Of a stretch of DNA of 64,000 nt, positions 60,596-64,000 are shown in pieces. The position numbers were made by a program, and so were the translations under genes. The DNA comes from a bacterium. GTDB taxonomy: Bacteria > Patescibacteriota > Andersenbacteria > UBA10190 > CAIZMI01. Position 1 is the first letter of the stretch. Every line of letters starts with the position of its first letter. The notes below the pieces were generated by a model. It was not told where the DNA came from. It did no database searches and saw nothing but the letters and a program-made list of their open reading frames with translations. Where the stretch lies: NCBI GenBank assembly GCA_030647555.1, contig JAUSJG010000007.1:36169-100168 (forward strand). Reading direction: 5' to 3'.

Positions 60596-60700
60596 CTAAC
60601 CACTTTTTTGGGGACAACGAGCGACAAACGCCAATCAGGGTCCGGCCCATGAACCACGCTACGGTTCAGGGCCGGACCCTCTACTGCGACGACGAAATCC
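60596..60700. repeat. Repeat block containing CAGGGTCCGGCCC/GGGCCGGACCCT REP-like hairpins. Direct-repeat partner of 61722-61800.
   Basis: GGGACAACGAGCGACAAACGCCAATCAGGGTCCGGCCC versus GGGGACGACGAGCGACGAACGCCAATCAGGGTCCGACCC at 61726. Confidence 0.7.
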
Positions 60701-60870
60701 CTCCCAACCTTTGCCCATCAAGGCAACACCGTCGACACGTGTGCAACCGTACCGACAAACAAACAACTTGACAACCTTATTTAATTACGATAGGATGAAA
60801 TCACATTTGGCAGTAGTGTCAAATGACATCAACTGCAGGATCCCGCGGCAACGCGGGATTCTTTGCGTTT

Positions 60871-61051
60871 AGGCCTCGTCCGTAAATAAATTCCCAATCT
60901 TATACTCACTGCATCTTTAACTGCAAGCACTTCTCAATCGTAAAACCTTTCACCGTACTGCTAGTACGCCGTAAGGTTATACTCAATCAAAGTACTCACA
61001 TTTAAAGCGCATTGAGCATAATCTTGGGGAATTTATTTACGGACGAGGCCT
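60871..61051. repeat. 27/28-bp inverted repeat pair (AGGCCTCGTCCGTAAATAAATTCCCAA ... TTGGGGAATTTATTTACGGACGAGGCCT) enclosing ~125 bp
   Basis: Left copy 60871-60897, right copy 61024-61051. The right copy overlaps the stop codon of the NYN gene. Confidence 0.75.
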
Positions 61052-61642
61052 TATTTTTACCGATAATATCTCACTTCTAAAATCCGTAATATCGAAATAA
61101 TGATGACAGGCTGGCGGGAGTTCTTTGGCTACATGTCCGCTTCTTGAGAAAACGATCGTCATCTTTCCTTTCCCTCTTAAAACTTTCAGCAAATATTCAA
61201 AATCACAATCGCCGGAAAACAAAATAAACGTATCGTATTTTTCTATTTTATCTATCGCGTCTACGGCGATTTCAACGTCAAAATTCGCTTTGCGGTGCGG
61301 ATGTTCCGGCGCATGATCAAAATATTTCTTCATCTGCTTGGTGGAAAGCTTATACCCCGCTTTCTTCAGCATATACATAAAATTTCGATGGGACTCACTT
61401 TCAAAATCGGCAGAATAATAACTGATAGCGGTCAACTCCCCCATTTTTTCGAAAAACATTTTAAGCTGCCGATAATCTACCGTCCATTTTAATTTTCCCG
61501 GTTCAAAATGCTTAAGATTGTCCGGAATATCTTTTGGATTAACCCACATACTGCGTACCGATTGCTCAAGATTCGCCGCATCAATGAAAACACTAATTCT
61601 GCCGCGAAGGACGTCTTTTAGCTTGATATGATATTCATTCAT
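61037..61642 (-). CDS. NYN-domain (LabA-like) predicted RNase
   Basis: SVFIDAANL, DVEIAVDAID and FILFSGDCDF are the NYN/LabA acidic motifs. Confidence 0.7.
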   Translation of the reverse strand: MNEYHIKLKDVLRGRISVFIDAANLEQSVRSMWVNPKDIPDNLKHFEPGKLKWTVDYRQLKMFFEKMGELTAISYYSADFESESHRNFMYMLKKAGYKLSTKQMKKYFDHAPEHPHRKANFDVEIAVDAIDKIEKYDTFILFSGDCDFEYLLKVLRGKGKMTIVFSRSGHVAKELPPACHHYFDITDFRSEILSVKIRPRP

Positions 61643-61721
61643 ATTGGATTATTTATTTAGAGTTTTACACAACTGTGACAATTTTACCACGTTCGTGTTT
61701 TGTTTGCAATAGCGTGTTTTG

Positions 61722-61800
61722 GACGTTTTTTAAGGGGGACGACGAGCGACGAACGCCAATCAGGGTCCGACCCTGCGCCTCAGGGACGGACCCTATATCT
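61722..61800. repeat. Repeat block, partner of 60596-60700
   Basis: See 60596. Confidence 0.7.
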
Positions 61801-61831
61801 ATCGGACCCTATTCTACTTTCAAAAACAAAT

Positions 61832-62170
61832 TTAGAGCGGACGCAGTTTTTCGCCACCTAAAAGATGGATATGTAAATGCTGTACGGTTTGTCCGGCATT
61901 GACGCCGATATTGGTTAATAATCTGTAGCCACCATTTTCCAATCCTCTTTCTCGCGCAATTTTCGCGCCGATGCGCATCAATTTTCCAACCAACTCATCA
62001 TCGGCTTCTTGCATTTCCGCAACCGAAACCAAATGTTTCACGGGAATAATAATTACGTGTGTTTTATATTTTGGATAGAGATCGTTAAACGCAACAACGC
62101 CGTCCTGCTCATAAACAATATCGGCCTTTATTTGTTTCGCGATAATTTTGCAGAAAACGCAGTCAGACAT
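61832..62170 (-). CDS. HIT-family (histidine triad) protein
   Basis: HLHIHLLGG is a HxHxHxx HIT motif. 112 aa. Confidence 0.85.
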   Translation of the reverse strand: MSDCVFCKIIAKQIKADIVYEQDGVVAFNDLYPKYKTHVIIIPVKHLVSVAEMQEADDELVGKLMRIGAKIARERGLENGGYRLLTNIGVNAGQTVQHLHIHLLGGEKLRPL

Positions 62171-62257
62171 AATGTGACGTGAATTAAGATTTATGATTTA
62201 TGAATGATGATGACGACGACGCTTCATTAATCATATATCATCAATCATTATTCACGT

Positions 62258-63721
62258 TCACGTATGGCTCGTCAGAATTTCTTTGTGCAATCTCTTTTTC
62301 AAGGCAGGTACAAGTGAGTCTAGATTCAAGTCTAATGTTTCTTGCATCCCGCTTTCCATATTGCGCAAAATAATGGTGCTGTCTAAGGCTTCTTTTTGCC
62401 CCAAAATCAAAGTCCATTGCACCTTTAGGCGATCGGCATTGCGCAGTTGCGCTTTGATACCGTCTTTGTGAAACGCTTCGGCAACTTTAAAGCCGGAACG
62501 ACGCAAATCATCCAGAAGTTTTACGGCGCGACGGCGTCCAAGATCACCCAGATGCGCCAAAAATACATCCGGCATATCGGTATTTTTTACTTCAACACCT
62601 TCCGCTTTCATTTGCATAATTACTCGCTCTACCCCACCGGAAAAACCAACGGCGGGAGTAGCCGGACCACCAAGAAGTTCAACCAATCCGTCGTATCGAC
62701 CGCCACCACCCAACGCCATACCGCTCAATGGATCCCCGGCCGGTAACGTTGAGATTATTTCAAAAGCAGTTCGGGTGTAATAATCCAAACCGCGCACCAA
62801 ACGTGCGTTTTCCCTAAATGGAATGCCCAAATCTTGCAAATAACGAAGAACGTTTTGATAATGTGCTTTACAATCTTCACAAAGATTTTCGGTAACTTTA
62901 GGAGCGGTATTGCCAACCATTTGGCATTTTTCTTCTTTACAATCAAAAATACGGAGTGGATTTACCTTTGCTCGGCGTTTGCAATCGACACAAAGTTTTC
63001 GCGTATTATCCTGCACGTGTTTTTTCAATGCGTTAAGATATGATGGACGACAATTTTTGTTAAGACAGCCAACAGAATTGATATCAATTCTAAAAGCATC
63101 GAGTTGCAAAGCCTTATAAGCTTCATAGGCTAAATGAATTACTTGCACATCGATTATTGGATGGCCTTCCCCGATTACTTCCACGCCAAACTGTGTCAAT
63201 TGACGATAACGACCGGCCTGCGGACGGTCATGACGAAAAACCGGACCTTGATACCACATCCGCACCGGTTGTGGCTTACTACTCATTCCATGTTCCAGAT
63301 AAGCGCGGGCAACACCGGCCGTAAATTCCGGACGTAATGCCAAACGTGTTGTTCCACTGCGATCCTTCACAAAAAACATTTCCTTTTCCACGACATCCGT
63401 GGTTTCACCGATACTTCGCTCAAAAAGCGCCGCTTCTTCCACAACTGGAACAGAAACTTTTTTCATATTAAAACTAATGGCGACCTGTTTAAAGGTGTCA
63501 TTCACAATATCCCAATAACGCATATCATCCCACAAAACATCTTGCATCCCCCGCGGAGAACGGACGACCAACGCGATTGGCGCGCGCGCGCGAATATCTT
63601 CTTCCTCTTCTTCCGGCGGACGTTGCATTCCACGACGTTGCTCGGTGCGCGCCGGCACGCCTGGTTTTACTTCTTCTTTCTTCTTGTCATTTTTGGCGTT
63701 TTCTTGGGCCGTTTGAACCAT
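62258..63721 (-). CDS. hisS: Histidine--tRNA ligase with a lysine/glutamate-rich N-terminal extension
   Basis: Class II motifs RPEFTAGVARAY and GGGRYDGL, plus the anticodon-binding domain. The first ~40 aa are charged and low-complexity; the true start may be internal. Confidence 0.85.
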   Translation of the reverse strand: MVQTAQENAKNDKKKEEVKPGVPARTEQRRGMQRPPEEEEEDIRARAPIALVVRSPRGMQDVLWDDMRYWDIVNDTFKQVAISFNMKKVSVPVVEEAALFERSIGETTDVVEKEMFFVKDRSGTTRLALRPEFTAGVARAYLEHGMSSKPQPVRMWYQGPVFRHDRPQAGRYRQLTQFGVEVIGEGHPIIDVQVIHLAYEAYKALQLDAFRIDINSVGCLNKNCRPSYLNALKKHVQDNTRKLCVDCKRRAKVNPLRIFDCKEEKCQMVGNTAPKVTENLCEDCKAHYQNVLRYLQDLGIPFRENARLVRGLDYYTRTAFEIISTLPAGDPLSGMALGGGGRYDGLVELLGGPATPAVGFSGGVERVIMQMKAEGVEVKNTDMPDVFLAHLGDLGRRRAVKLLDDLRRSGFKVAEAFHKDGIKAQLRNADRLKVQWTLILGQKEALDSTIILRNMESGMQETLDLNLDSLVPALKKRLHKEILTSHT

Positions 63722-63744
63722 AATAATATTGATGAAAAATAATT

Positions 63745-64000
63745 TTAGGATTGAGGCGACACGGTCGCTTGCGACGGAACAATACCACCATATTGCGGAG
63801 TTGCGAAGGCCGACGCTTCGTTTATAGGAAAAAGACGCAACCAGGCGCGACCGACGATCAAATTACGCGGAACAGCCCCCCAAAAACGCGAATCGGAGCT
63901 GTGCTCACGATTGTCACCCAGTACGAAATATTCATCCTTACCAAGCATAGAATCAATGTTTCCGACCGTGATATCGGTAGTTGGAAGATATTGTCCCTCA
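63745..64000 (-). CDS. lepB: Signal peptidase I, C-terminal part; the gene continues past the window end
   Basis: [18 protein letters not shown] is box E of SPase I. The frame stays open to position 64000. Confidence 0.7.
   Translation of the reverse strand, partial: EGQYLPTTDITVGNIDSMLGKDEYFVLGDNREHSSDSRFWGAVPRNLIVGRAWLRLFPINEASAFATPQYGGIVPSQATVSPQS

Noticed and set aside
60565-61902. Two small plus-strand ORFs, 60565-60771 and 61675-61902, both encoding ...ER(Q/R)TPIRVRP...
   Set aside because: The shared peptide only reflects the direct nucleotide repeat that flanks the NYN cassette. There is no SD or start context.

Overview
Gene content and synteny look bacterial, with a compact, ribosomal-protein-rich genome; several r-proteins carry extensions. 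Most genes are on the minus strand.

Gene blocks:
- Glycolysis and sugar genes: fba, tpiA, a galT-like gene and a GT2 glycosyltransferase.
- The 3' part of the r-protein cluster: rplO-secY-adk-map-ruvX.
- An almost complete str/S10/spc r-protein cluster: rpsL-rpsG-fusA-tuf-rpsJ, then rplC through rplO.
- Other housekeeping genes: rpmB, ndk, ftsA, ftsZ, dgkA, ybeY, yqeY, rpsU, hisS, a HIT protein and a lepB fragment.
- Accessory genes: a split ComEC, a purM interrupted by an in-frame TGA, and a Type I restriction-modification (R-M) locus. That locus has a fused HsdM-HsdS, a Schlafen/AlbA_2-HATPase protein and hsdR.
- One tRNA-Pro(GGG) with no encoded CCA.

Three things stand out:
1. The r-protein operon is invaded at at least 13 intergenic junctions by 100-210 bp structured palindromic elements. 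They fall into four sequence families. One MITE-like family of five copies sits at start codons of r-protein genes, with terminal inverted repeats (TIRs) and flanking CAT triplets.
2. rpsJ is separated from rplC by about 8.8 kb of accessory DNA. About 6.7 kb of this is bracketed by a ~95 % identical direct duplication of the rpsJ 3' end plus its terminator hairpin. This segment carries a candidate biosynthetic cluster: a GH3-family adenylating enzyme, two B12-binding radical-SAM enzymes and two putative acyltransferase-fold proteins.
3. A thermonuclease gene and a membrane-protein gene, each with its own terminator, are inserted between rplO and secY.

Smaller points: REP-like GGTCGGAC/GTCCGACC hairpin repeats, an NYN-domain gene bounded by 27-bp inverted repeats, and a HARE-HTH/DUF559 endonuclease gene next to the tRNA.

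All calls rest on reading the six-frame translations and the nucleotide sequence by eye; no database search was possible.
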